The notes beneath the pieces are model-generated. The model did not search any database, was not told the origin of the DNA, and saw only the letters and a list, made by a program, of their open reading frames with translations. The position numbers were made by a program, and so were the translations under genes. Of a stretch of 64,000 nt of DNA, positions 27,201 to 41,600 are shown piece after piece. The stretch covers positions 1,674,001 to 1,738,000 of the forward strand of contig OZ059898.1 in assembly GCA_964057225.1 (NCBI GenBank), read 5' to 3'. Each line of letters starts with the position of its first letter. Position 1 is the stretch's first letter. This stretch comes from Auanema rhodensis. Its lineage: Eukaryota > Animalia > Nematoda.

Positions 27201-30200
27201 TTTCTCAATGTAGTATAGTGCATTCGATGCGGATTTTTAAGCTGCGTCGATCTGTGTTATCAGATTTGCGCTAGCTTAAAAATGCACCGAGATATCAACT
27301 GATATAAGTTCAAACTTATATCCTCGATTTTCACCCTGAAGATTTAATTTTTTTGTTGAATAACATTGTCCATCGTCTTTGCCTTGAAAAAAGGAATCTA
27401 AAAACATCTACTTTTTGCTAAATTATTTTGAAATTTTCTGAAAAAATTTTTGTCAAAATGTTTTTGGAAGCAATGTTGAGTGTACATGGAAACTCAACAT
27501 ACACTAATGCATCATTTTTCAAACGATCATAACTAATTTTTGTATTAAGCGTTTCTCAATGTAGTATAGTGCATTCGATGCGGATTTTTAAGCTGCGTCG
27601 ATCTGTGTTATCAGATTTGCGCTAGCTTAAAAATGCACCGAGATATCAACTGATATAAGTTCACACTTATATCCTCGATTTTCACCCTGAAGAATTAATT
27701 TTTTTGTTGAATAACATTGTCCATCGTCTTTGCCTTGAAAAAAGGAATCTAAAAACATCTACTTTTTGCTAAATTATTTTGAAATTTTTCGAAAAAATTT
27801 TTGTCAAAATGTTTTTGGAAGCAATGTTGAGTGTACATGGAAACTCAACATACACTAATGCATCATTTTTCAAACGATCATAACTAATTTTTGTATTAAG
27901 CGTTTCTCAATGTAGTATAGTGCATTCGATGCGGATTTTTAAGCTGCGTCGATCTGTGTTATCAGATTTGCGCTAGCTTAAAAATGCACCGAGATATCAA
28001 CTGATATAAGTTCAAACTTATATCCTCGATTTTCACCCTGAAGATTTAATTTTTTTGTTGAATAACATTGTCCATCGTCTTTGCCTTGAAAAAAGGAATC
28101 TAAAAACATCTACTTTTTGCTAAATTATTTTGAAATTTTCTGAAAAAATTTTTGTCAAAATGTTTTTGGAAGCAATGTTGAGTGTACATGGAAACTCAAC
28201 ATACACTAATGCATCATTTTTCAAACGATCATAACTAATTTTTGTATTAAGCGTTTCTCAATGTAGTATAGTGCATTCGATGCGGATTTTTAAGCTGCGT
28301 CGATCTGTGTTATCAGATTTGCGCTAGCTTAAAAATGCACCGAGATATCAACTGATATAAGTTCACACTTATATCCTCGATTTTCACCCTGAAGAATTAA
28401 TTTTTTTGTTGAATAACATTGTCCATCGTCTTTGCCTTGAAAAAAGGAATCTAAAAACATCTACTTTTTGCTAAATTATTTTGAAATTTTTCGAAAAAAT
28501 TTTTGTCAAAATGTTTTTGGAAGCAATGTTGAGTGTACATGGAAACTCAACATACACTAATGCATCATTTTTCAAACGATCATAACTAATTTTTGTATTA
28601 AGCGTTTCTCAATGTAGTATAGTGCATTCGATGCGGATTTTTAAGCTGCGTCGATCTGTGTTATCAGATTTGCGCTAGCTTAAAAATGCACCGAGATATC
28701 AACTGATATAAGTTCAAACTTATATCCTCGATTTTCACCCTGAAGATTTAATTTTTTTGTTGAATAACATTGTCCATTGTCTTTGCCTTGAAAAAAGGAA
28801 TCTAAAAACATCTACTTTTTGCTAAATTATTTTGAAATTTTCTGAAAAAATTTTTGTCAAAATGTTTTTGGAAGCAATGTTGAGTGTACATGGAAACTCA
28901 ACATACACTAATGCATCATTTTTCAAACGATCATAACTAATTTTTGTATTAAGCGTTTCTCAATGTAGTATAGTGCATTCGATGCGGATTTTTAAGCTGC
29001 GTCGATCTGTGTTATCAGATTTGCGCTAGCTTAAAAATGCACCGAGATATCAACTGATATAAGTTCACACTTATATCCTCGATTTTCACCCTGAAGATTT
29101 AATTTTTTCGTCGAATAACATTGTCCATCGTCTTTGCCTTGAAAAATGGAATCTAAAAACATCTACTTTTTGCTAAATTATTTTGAAATTTTTCGAAAAA
29201 ATTTTTGTCAAAATGTTTTTGGAAGCAATGTTGAGTGTACATGGAAACTCAACATACACTAATGCATCATTTTTCAAACGATCATAACTAATTTTTGTAT
29301 TAAGCGTTTCTCAATGTAGTATAGTGCATTCGATGCGGATTTTTAAGCTGCGTCGATCTGTGTTATCAGATTTGCGCTAGCTTAAAAATGCACCGAGATA
29401 TCAACTGATATAAGTTCACACTTATATCCTCGATTTTCACCCTGAAGAATTAATTTTTTTGTTGAATAACATTGTCCATCGTCTTTGCCTTGAAAAAAGG
29501 AATCTAAAAACATCTACTTTTTGCTAAATTATTTTGAAATTTTTCGAAAAAATTTTTGTCAAAATGTTTTTGGAAGCAATGTTGAGTGTACATGGAAACT
29601 CAACATACACTAATGCATCATTTTTCAAACGATCATAACTAATTTTTGTATTAAGCGTTTCTCAATGTATTATAGTGCATTCGATGCGGATTTTTAAGCT
29701 GCGTCGATCTGTGTTATCAGATTTGCGCTAGCTTAAAAATGCACCGTGAAATCAACTGATATAAGTTCACACTTATATCCTCGATTTTCACCCTGAAGAA
29801 TTAATGTTTTCGTTGAATAACATTGTCAATCGTCTTTGCCTTGAAAAAAGGAATCTAAAAACATCTACTTTTTGCTAAATTATTTTGAAATTTTTCGAAA
29901 AAATTTTTGTCAAAATGTTTTTGGAAGCAATGTTGAGTGTACATGGAAACTCAACATACACTAATGCATCATTTTTCAAACGATCATAACTAATTTTTGT
30001 ATTAAGCGTTTCTCAATGTAGTATAGTGCATTCGATGCGGATTTTTAAGCTGCGTCGATCTGTGTTATCAGATTTGCGCTAGCTTAAAAATGCACCGAGA
30101 TATCAACTGATATAAGTTCACACTTATATCCTCGATTTTCACCCTGAAGAATTAATTTTTTTGTTGAATAACATTGTCCATCGTCTTTGCCTTGAAAAAA

Positions 30201-33200
30201 GGAATCTAAAAACATCTACTTTTTGCTAAATTATTTTGAAATTTTTCGAAAAAATTTTTGTCAAAATGTTTTTGGAAGCAATGTTGAGTGTACATGGAAA
30301 CTCAACATACACTAATGCATCATTTTTCAAACGATCATAACTAATTTTTGTATTAAGCGTTTCTCAATGTAGTATAGTGCATTCGATGCGGATTTTTAAG
30401 CTGCGTCGATCTGTGTTATCAGATTTGCGCTAGCTTAAAAATGCACCGAGATATCAACTGATATAAGTTCAAACTTATATCCTCGATTTTCACCCTGAAG
30501 ATTTAATTTTTTTGTTGAATAACATTGTCCATCGTCTTTGCCTTGAAAAAAGGAATCTAAAAACATCTACTTTTTGCTAAATTATTTTGAAATTTTCTGA
30601 AAAAATTTTTGTCAAAATGTTTTTGGAAGCAATGTTGAGTGTACATGGAAACTCAACATACACTAATGCATCATTTTTCAAACGATCATAACTAATTTTT
30701 GTATTAAGCGTTTCTCAATGTAGTATAGTGCATTCGATGCGGATTTTTAAGCTGCGTCGATCTGTGTTATCAGATTTGCGCTAGCTTAAAAATGCACCGA
30801 GATATCAACTGATATAAGTTCACACTTATATCCTCGATTTTCACCCTGAAGATTTAATTTTTTCGTCGAATAACATTGTCCATCGTCTTTGCCTTGAAAA
30901 ATGGAATCTAAAAACATCTACTTTTTGCTAAATTATTTTGAAATTTTTCGAAAAAATTTTTGTCAAAATGTTTTTGGAAGCAATGTTGAGTGTACATGGA
31001 AACTCAACATACACTAATGCATCATTTTTCAAACGATCATAACTAATTTTTGTATTAAGCGTTTCTCAATGTAGTATAGTGCATTCGATGCGGATTTTTA
31101 AGCTGCGTCGATCTGTGTTATCAGATTTGCGCTAGCTTAAAAATGCACCGAGATATCAACTGATATAAGTTCACACTTATATCCTCGATTTTCACCCTGA
31201 AGAATTAATTTTTTTGTTGAATAACATTGTCCATCGTCTTTGCCTTGAAAAAAGGAATCTAAAAACATCTACTTTTTGCTAAATTATTTTGAAATTTTTC
31301 GAAAAAATTTTTGTCAAAATGTTTTTGGAAGCAATGTTGAGTGTACATGGAAACTCAACATACACTAATGCATCATTTTTCAAACGATCATAACTAATTT
31401 TTGTATTAAGCGTTTCTCAATGTATTATAGTGCATTCGATGCGGATTTTTAAGCTGCGTCGATCTGTGTTATCAGATTTGCGCTAGCTTAAAAATGCACC
31501 GTGAAATCAACTGATATAAGTTCACACTTATATCCTCGATTTTCACCCTGAAGAATTAATGTTTTCGTTGAATAACATTGTCAATCGTCTTTGCCTTGAA
31601 AAAAGGAATCTAAAAACATCTACTTTTTGCTAAATTATTTTGAAATTTTTCGAAAAAATTTTTGTCAAAATGTTTTTGGAAGCAATGTTGAGTGTACATG
31701 GAAACTCAACATACACTAATGCATCATTTTTCAAACGATCATAACTAATTTTTGTATTAAGCGTTTCTCAATGTAGTATAGTGCATTCGATGCGGATTTT
31801 TAAGCTGCGTCGATCTGTGTTATCAGATTTGCGCTAGCTTAAAAATGCACCGAGATATCAACTGATATAAGTTCACACTTATATCCTCGATTTTCACCCT
31901 GAAGAATTAATTTTTTTGTTGAATAACATTGTCCATCGTCTTTGCCTTGAAAAAAGGAATCTAAAAACATCTACTTTTTGCTAAATTATTTTGAAATTTT
32001 TCGAAAAAATTTTTGTCAAAATGTTTTTGGAAGCAATGTTGAGTGTACATGGAAACTCAACATACACTAATGCATCATTTTTCAAACGATCATAACTAAT
32101 TTTTGTATTAAGCGTTTCTCAATGTAGTATAGTGCATTCGATGCGGATTTTTAAGCTGCGTCGATCTGTGTTATCAGATTTGCGCTAGCTTAAAAATGCA
32201 CCGAGATATCAACTGATATAAGTTCAAACTTATATCCTCGATTTTCACCCTGAAGATTTAATTTTTTTGTTGAATAACATTGTCCATCGTCTTTGCCTTG
32301 AAAAAAGGAATCTAAAAACATCTACTTTTTGCTAAATTATCTTGAAATTTTCTGAAAAAATTTTTGTCAAAATGTTTTTGGAAGCAATGTTGAGTGTACA
32401 TGGAAACTCAACATACACTAATGCATCATTTTTCAAACGATCATAACTAATTTTTGTATTAAGCGTTTCTCAATGTAGTATAGTGCATTCGATGCGGATT
32501 TTTAAGCTGCGTCGATCTGTGTTATCAGATTTGCGCTAGCTTAAAAATGCACCGAGATATCAACTGATATAAGTTCACACTTATATCCTCGATTTTCACC
32601 CTGAAGATTTAATTTTTTCGTCGAATAACATTGTCCATCGTCTTTGCCTTGAAAAATGGAATCTAAAAACATCTACTTTTTGCTAAATTATTTTGAAATT
32701 TTTCGAAAAAATTTTTGTCAAAATGTTTTTGGAAGCAATGTTGAGTGTACATGGAAACTCAACATACACTAATGCATCATTTTTCAAACGATCATAACTA
32801 ATTTTTGTATTAAGCGTTTCTCAATGTAGTATAGTGCATTCGATGCGGATTTTTAAGCTGCGTCGATCTGTGTTATCAGATTTGCGCTAGCTTAAAAATG
32901 CACCGAGATATCAACTGATATAAGTTCACACTTATATCCTCGATTTTCACCCTGAAGAATTAATTTTTTTGTTGAATAACATTGTCCATCGTCTTTGCCT
33001 TGAAAAAAGGAATCTAAAAACATCTACTTTTTGCTAAATTATTTTGAAATTTTTCGAAAAAATTTTTGTCAAAATGTTTTTGGAAGCAATGTTGAGTGTA
33101 CATGGAAACTCAACATACACTAATGCATCATTTTTCAAACGATCATAACTAATTTTTGTATTAAGCGTTTCTCAATGTATTATAGTGCATTCGATGCGGA

Positions 33201-35800
33201 TTTTTAAGCTGCGTCGATCTGTGTTATCAGATTTGCGCTAGCTTAAAAATGCACCGTGAAATCAACTGATATAAGTTCACACTTATATCCTCGATTTTCA
33301 CCCTGAAGAATTAATGTTTTCGTTGAATAACATTGTCAATCGTCTTTGCCTTGAAAAAAGGAATCTAAAAACATCTACTTTTTGCTAAATTATTTTGAAA
33401 TTTTTCGAAAAAATTTTTGTCAAAATGTTTTTGGAAGCAATGTTGAGTGTACATGGAAACTCAACATACACTAATGCATCATTTTTCAAACGATCATAAC
33501 TAATTTTTGTATTAAGCGTTTCTCAATGTAGTATAGTGCATTCGATGCGGATTTTTAAGCTGCGTCGATCTGTGTTATCAGATTTGCGCTAGCTTAAAAA
33601 TGCACCGAGATATCAACTGATATAAGTTCACACTTATATCCTCGATTTTCACCCTGAAGAATTAATTTTTTTGTTGAATAACATTGTCCATCGTCTTTGC
33701 CTTGAAAAAAGGAATCTAAAAACATCTACTTTTTGCTAAATTATTTTGAAATTTTTCGAAAAAATTTTTGTCAAAATGTTTTTGGAAGCAATGTTGAGTG
33801 TACATGGAAACTCAACATACACTAATGCATCATTTTTCAAACGATCATAACTAATTTTTGTATTAAGCGTTTCTCAATGTAGTATAGTGCATTCGATGCG
33901 GATTTTTAAGCTGCGTCGATCTGTGTTATCAGATTTGCGCTAGCTTAAAAATGCACCGAGATATCAACTGATATAAGTTCAAACTTATATCCTCGATTTT
34001 CACCCTGAAGATTTAATTTTTTTGTTGAATAACATTGTCCATCGTCTTTGCCTTGAAAAAAGGAATCTAAAAACATCTACTTTTTGCTAAATTATTTTGA
34101 AATTTTCTGAAAAAATTTTTGTCAAAATGTTTTTGGAAGCAATGTTGAGTGTACATGGAAACTCAACATACACTAATGCATCATTTTTCAAACGATCATA
34201 ACTAATTTTTGTATTAAGCGTTTCTCAATGTAGTATAGTGCATTCGATGCGGATTTTTAAGCTGCGTCGATCTGTGTTATCAGATTTGCGCTAGCTTAAA
34301 AATGCACCGAGATATCAACTGATATAAGTTCAAACTTATATCCTCGATTTTCACCCTGAAGATTTAATTTTTTTGTTGAATAACATTGTCCATCGTCTTT
34401 GCCTTGAAAAAAGGAATCTAAAAACATCTACTTTTTGCTAAATTATTTTGAAATTTTCTGAAAAAATTTTTGTCAAAATGTTTTTGGAAGCAATGTTGAG
34501 TGTACATGGAAACTCAACATACACTAATGCATCATTTTTCAAACGATCATAACTAATTTTTGTATTAAGCGTTTCTCAATGTAGTATAGTGCATTCGATG
34601 CGGATTTTTAAGCTGCGTCGATCTGTGTTATCAGATTTGCGCTAGCTTAAAAATGCACCGAGATATCAACTGATATAAGTTCACACTTATATCCTCGATT
34701 TTCACCCTGAAGATTTAATTTTTTCGTCGAATAACATTGTCCATCGTCTTTGCCTTGAAAAATGGAATCTAAAAACATCTACTTTTTGCTAAATTATTTT
34801 GAAATTTTTCGAAAAAATTTTTGTCAAAATGTTTTTGGAAGCAATGTTGAGTGTACATGGAAACTCAACATACACTAATGCATCATTTTTCAAACGATCA
34901 TAACTAATTTTTGTATTAAGCGTTTCTCAATGTAGTATAGTGCATTCGATGCGGATTTTTAAGCTGCGTCGATCTGTGTTATCAGATTTGCGCTAGCTTA
35001 AAAATGCACCGAGATATCAACTGATATAAGTTCACACTTATATCCTCGATTTTCACCCTGAAGAATTAATTTTTTTGTTGAATAACATTGTCCATCGTCT
35101 TTGCCTTGAAAAAAGGAATCTAAAAACATCTACTTTTTGCTAAATTATTTTGAAATTTTTCGAAAAAATTTTTGTCAAAATGTTTTTGGAAGCAATGTTG
35201 AGTGTACATGGAAACTCAACATACACTAATGCATCATTTTTCAAACGATCATAACTAATTTTTGTATTAAGCGTTTCTCAATGTAGTATAGTGCATTCGA
35301 TGCGGATTTTTAAGCTGCGTCGATCTGTGTTATCAGATTTGCGCTAGCTTAAAAATGCACCGAGATATCAACTGATATAAGTTCACACTTATATCCTCGA
35401 TTTTCACCCTGAAGAATTAATTTTTTTGTTGAATAACATTGTCCATCGTCTTTGCCTTGAAAAAAGGAATCTAAAAACATCTACTTTTTGCTAAATTATT
35501 TTGAAATTTTTCGAAAAAATTTTTGTCAAAATGTTTTTGGAAGCAATGTTGAGTGTACATGGAAACTCAACATACACTAATGCATCATTTTTCAAACGAT
35601 CATAACTAATTTTTGTATTAAGCGTTTCTCAATGTATTATAGTGCATTCGATGCGGATTTTTAAGCTGCGTCGATCTGTGTTATCAGATTTGCGCTAGCT
35701 TAAAAATGCACCGTGAAATCAACTGATATAAGTTCACACTTATATCCTCGATTTTCACCCTGAAGAATTAATGTTTTCGTTGAATAACATTGTCAATCGT
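24217..35800 (+). repeat. Higher-order repeat with 5-monomer core (1755 bp); five units of 7, 9, 5, 5 and 7 monomers
   Basis: A five-variant marker monomer (G189T, A266T, T269A, T325G, C347A) starts at 26323, 29482, 31237, 32992 and 35449. The private T333C occurs at 25953, 29112, 30867, 32622 and 34728. Confidence 0.9.
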
Positions 35801-38607
35801 CTTTGCCTTGAAAAAAGGAATCTAAAAACATCTACTTTTTGCTAAATTATTTTGAAATTTTTCGAAAAAATTTTTGTCAAAATGTTTTTGGAAGCAATGT
35901 TGAGTGTACATGGAAACTCAACATACACTAATGCATCATTTTTCAAACGATCATAACTAATTTTTGTATTAAGCGTTTCTCAATGTAGTATAGTGCATTC
36001 GATGCGGATTTTTAAGCTGCGTCGATCTGTGTTATCAGATTTGCGCTAGCTTAAAAATGCACCGAGATATCAACTGATATAAGTTCACACTTATATCCTC
36101 GATTTTCACCCTGAAGAATTAATTTTTTTGTTGAATAACATTGTCCATCGTCTTTGCCTTGAAAAAAGGAATCTAAAAACATCTACTTTTTGCTAAATTA
36201 TTTTGAAATTTTTCGAAAAAATTTTTGTCAAAATGTTTTTGGAAGCAATGTTGAGTGTACATGGAAACTCAACATACACTAATGCATCATTTTTCAAACG
36301 ATCATAACTAATTTTTGTATTAAGCGTTTCTCAATGTAGTATAGTGCATTCGATGCGGATTTTTAAGCTGCGTCGATCTGTGTTATCAGATTTGCGCTAG
36401 CTTAAAAATGCACCGAGATATCAACTGATATAAGTTCAAACTTATATCCTCGATTTTCACCCTGAAGAATTAATTTTTTTGTTGAATAACATTGTCCATC
36501 GTCTTTGCCTTGAAAAAAGGAATCTAAAAACATCTACTTTTTGCTAAATTATTTTGAAATTTTTCGAAAAAATTTTTGTCAAAATGTTTTTGGAAGCAAT
36601 GTTGAGTGTACATGGAAACTCAACATACACTAATGCATCATTTTTCAAACGATCATAACTAATTTTTGTATTAAGCGTTTCTCAATGTAGTATAGTGCAT
36701 TCGATGCGGATTTTTAAGCTGCGTCGATTTGTGTTATCAGATTTGCGCTAGCTTAAAAATGCACCGAGATATAAACTGATATAAGTTCACACTTATATCC
36801 TCGATTTTCACCCAGAAGATTTAATTTTTTCGTTGAATAACATTGTCCATCGTCTTTGCCTTGTAAAATGGAATCTAAAAACATCTACTTTTTGCTAAAT
36901 TATTTTGAAATTTTTCGAAAAAATTTTTGTCAAAATGTTTTTGGAAGCAATGTTGAGTGTACATGGAAACTCAACATACACTAATGCATCATTTTTCAAA
37001 CGATCATAACTAATTTTTGTTTTAAGCGTTTCTCAATGTAGTATAGTGCATTCGATGCGGATTTTTAAGCTGCGTCGATCTGTGTTATCAGATTTGCGCT
37101 AGCTTAAAAATGCACCGAGATATCAACTGATATAAGTTCAAACTTATATCCTCGATTTTCACCCTGAAGAATTAATTTTTTTGTTGAATAACATTGTCCA
37201 TCGTCTTTGCCTTGAAAAAAGGAATCTAAAAACATCTACTTTTTGCTAAATTATTTTGAAATTTTTCGAAAAAATTTTTGTCAAAATGTTTTTGGAAGCA
37301 ATGTTGAGTGTACATGGAAACTCAACATACACTAATGCATCATTTTTCAAACGATCATAACTAATTTTTGTATTAAGCGTTTCTCAATGTAGTATAGTGC
37401 ATTCGATGCGGATTTTTAAGCTGCGTCGATCTGTGTTATCAGATTTGCGCTAGCTTAAAAATGCACCGAGATATCAACTGATATAAGTTCACACTTATAT
37501 CCTCGATTTTCACCCTGAAGATTTAATTTTTTCGTTGAATAACATTGTCCATCGTCTTTGCCTTGAAAAAAGGAATCTAAAAACATCTACTTTTTGCTAA
37601 ATTATTTTGAAATTTTTCGAAAAAATTTTTGTCAAAATGTTTTTGGAAGCAATGTTGAGTGTACATGGAAACTCAACATACACTAATGCATCATTTTTCA
37701 AACGATCATAACTAATTTTTGTATTAAGCGTTTCTCAATGTAGTATAGTGCATTCGATGCGGATTTTTAAGCTGCGTCGATCTGTGTTATCAGATTTGCG
37801 CTAGCTTAAAAATGCACCGTGATATCAACTGATATAAGTTCACACTTATATCCTCGATTTTCACCCTGAAGAATTAATTTTTTCGTTGAATAACATTGTC
37901 CATCGTCTTTGCCTTGAAAAATGGAATCTAAAAACATCTACTTTTTGCTAAATTATTTTGAAATTTTTCGAAAAAATTTTTGTCAAAATGTTTTTGGAAG
38001 CAATGTTGAGTGTACATGGAAACTCAACATACACTAATGCATCATTTTTCAAACGATCATAACTAATTTTTGTATTAAGAGTTTCTCAATGTAGTATAGT
38101 GCATTCGATGCGGATTTTTAAGCTGCGTCGATCTGTGTTATCAGATTTGCGCTAGCTTAAAAATGCACCGTGATATCAACTGATATAAGTTCACACTTAT
38201 ATCCTCGATTTTCACCCTGAAGAATTAATTTTTTCGTTGAATAACATTGTCCATCGTCTTTGCCTTGAAAAATGGAATCTAAAAACATCTACTTTTTGCT
38301 AAATTATTTTGAAATTTTTCGAAAAAATTTTTGTCAAAATGTTTTTGGAAGCAATGTTGAGTGTACATGGAAACTCAACATACACTAATGCATCATTTTT
38401 CAAACGATCATAACTAATTTTTGTATTAAGCGTTTCTCAATGTAGTATAGTGCATTCGATGCGGATTTTTAAGCTGCGTCGATCTGTGTTATCAGATTTG
38501 CGCTAGCTTAAAAATGCACCGAGATATCAACTGATATAAGTTCAAACTTATATCCTCGATTTTCACCCTGAAGAATTAATTTTTTTGTTGAATAACATTG
38601 TCCATCG

Positions 38608-41600
38608 TCTTTGCCTTGAAAAAAGGAATCTAAAAACATCTACTTTTTGCTAAATTATTTTGAAATTTTTCGAAAAAATTTTTGTCAAAATGTTTTTGGA
38701 AGCAATGTTGAGTGTACATGGAAACTCAACATACACTAATGCATCATTTTTCAAACGATCATAACTAATTTTTGTATTAAGCGTTTCTCAATGTAGTATA
38801 GTGCATTCGATGCGGATTTTTAAGCTGCGTCGATCTGTGTTATCAGATTTGCGCTAGCTTAAAAATGCACCGAGATATCAACTGATATAAGTTCAAACTT
38901 ATATCCTCGATTTTCACCCTGAAGAATTAATTTTTTTGTTGAATAACATTGTCCATCGTCTTTGCCTTGAAAAAAGGAATCTAAAAACATCTACTTTTTG
39001 CTAAATTATTTTGAAATTTTCTGAAAAAATTTTTGTCAAAATGTTTTTGGAAGCAATGTTGAGTGTACATGGAAACTCAACATACACTAATGCATCATTT
39101 TTCAAACGATCATAACTAATTTTTGTATTAAGCGTTTCTCAATGTAGTATAGTGCATTCGATGCGGATTTTTAAGCTGCGTCGATCTGTGTTATCAGATT
39201 TGCGCTAGCTCAAAAATGCACCGAGATATCAACTGATATAAGTTCACACTTATATCCTCGATTTTCACCCTGAAGATTTAATTTTTTCGTTGAATAACAT
39301 TGTCCATCGTCTTTGCCTTGAAAAATGGAATCTAAAAACATCTACTTTTTGCTAAATTATTTTGAAATTTTTCGAAAAAATTTTTGTCAAAATGTTTTTG
39401 GAAGCAATGTTGAGTGTACATGGAAACTCAACATACACTAATGCATCATTTTTCAAACGATCATAACTAATTTTTGTATTAAGCGTTTCTCAATGTAGTA
39501 TAGTGCATTCGATGCGGATTTTTAAGCTGCGTCGATCTGTGTTATCAGATTTGCGCTAGCTTAAAAATGCACCGAGATATCAACTGATATAAGTTCACAC
39601 TTATATCCTCGATTTTCACCCTGAAGAATTAATTTTTTTGTTGAATAACATTGTCCATCGTCTTTGCCTTGAAAAAAGGAATCTAAAAACATCTACTTTT
39701 TGCTAAATTATTTTGAAATTTTTCGAAAAAATTTTTGTCAAAATGTTTTTGGAAGCAATGTTGAGTGTACATGGAAACTCAACATACACTAATGCATCAT
39801 TTTTCAAACGATCATAACTAATTTTTGTATTAAGCGTTTCTCAATGTATTATAGTGCATTCGATGCGGATTTTTAAGCTGCGTCGATCTGTGTTATCAGA
39901 TTTGCGCTAGCTTAAAAATGCACCGTGAAATCAACTGATATAAGTTCACACTTATATCCTCGATTTTCACCCTGAAGAATTAATGTTTTCGTTGAATAAC
40001 ATTGTCAATCGTCTTTGCCTTGGAAAAAGGAATCTAAAAACATCTACTTTTTGCTAAATTATTTTGAAATTTTTCGAAAAAATTTTTGTCAAAATGTTTT
40101 TGGAAGCAATGTTGAGTGTACATGGAAACTCAACATACACTAATGCATCATTTTTCAAACGATCATAACTAATTTTTGTATTAAGCGTTTCTCAATGTAG
40201 TATAGTGCATTCGATGCGGATTTTTAAGCTGCGTCGATCTGTGTTATCAGATTTGCGCTAGCTTAAAAATGCACCGAGATATCAACTGATATAAGTTCAC
40301 ACTTATATCCTCGATTTTCACCCTGAAGAATTAATTTTTTTGTTGAATAACATTGTCCATCGTCTTTGCCTTGAAAAAAGGAATCTAAAAACATCTACTT
40401 TTTGCTAAATTATTTTGAAATTTTTCGAAAAAATTTTTGTCAAAATGTTTTTGGAAGCAATGTTGAGTGTACATGGAAACTCAACATACACTAATGCATC
40501 ATTTTTCAAACGATCATAACTAATTTTTGTATTAAGCGTTTCTCAATGTAGTATAGTGCATTCGATGCGGATTTTCAAGCTGCGTCGATCTGTGTTATCA
40601 GATTTGCGCTAGCTTAAAAATGCACCGAGATATCAACTGATATAAGTTCAAACTTATATCCTCGATTTTCACCCTGAAGAATTAATTTTTTTGTTGAATA
40701 ACATTGTCCATCGTCTTTGCCTTGAAAAAAGGAATCTAAAAACATCTACTTTTTGCTAAATTATTTTGAAATTTTTCGAAAAAATTTTTGTCAAAATGTT
40801 TTTGGAAGCAATGTTGAGTGTACATGGAAACTCAACATACACTAATGCATCATTTTTCAAACGATCATAACTAATTTTTGTATTGAGCGTTTCTCAATGT
40901 AGTATAGTGCATTCGATGCGGATTTTTAAGCTGCGTCGATCTGTGTTATCAGATTTGCGCTAGCTTAAAAATGCACCGAGATATCAACTGATATAAGTTC
41001 AAACTTATATCCTCGATTTTCACCCTGAAGAATTAATTTTTTTGTTGAATAACATTGTCCATCGTCTTTGCCTTGAAAAAAGGAATCTAAAAACATCTAC
41101 TTTTTGCTAAATTATTTTGAAATTTTCTGAAAAAATTTTTGTCAAAATGTTTTTGGAAGCAATGTTGAGTGTACATGGAAACTCAACATACACTAATGCA
41201 TCATTTTTCAAACGATCATAACTAATTTTTGTATTAAGCGTTTCTCAATGTAGTATAGTGCATTCGATGCGGATTTTTAAGCTGCGTCGATCTGTGTTAT
41301 CAGATTTGCGCTAGCTCAAAAATGCACCGAGATATCAACTGATATAAGTTCACACTTATATCCTCGATTTTCACCCTGAAGATTTAATTTTTTCGTTGAA
41401 TAACATTGTCCATCGTCTTTGCCTTGAAAAATGGAATCTAAAAACATCTACTTTTTGCTAAATTATTTTGAAATTTTTCGAAAAAATTTTTGTCAAAATG
41501 TTTTTGGAAGCAATGTTGAGTGTACATGGAAACTCAACATACACTAATGCATCATTTTTCAAACGATCATAACTAATTTTTGTATTAAGCGTTTCTCAAT

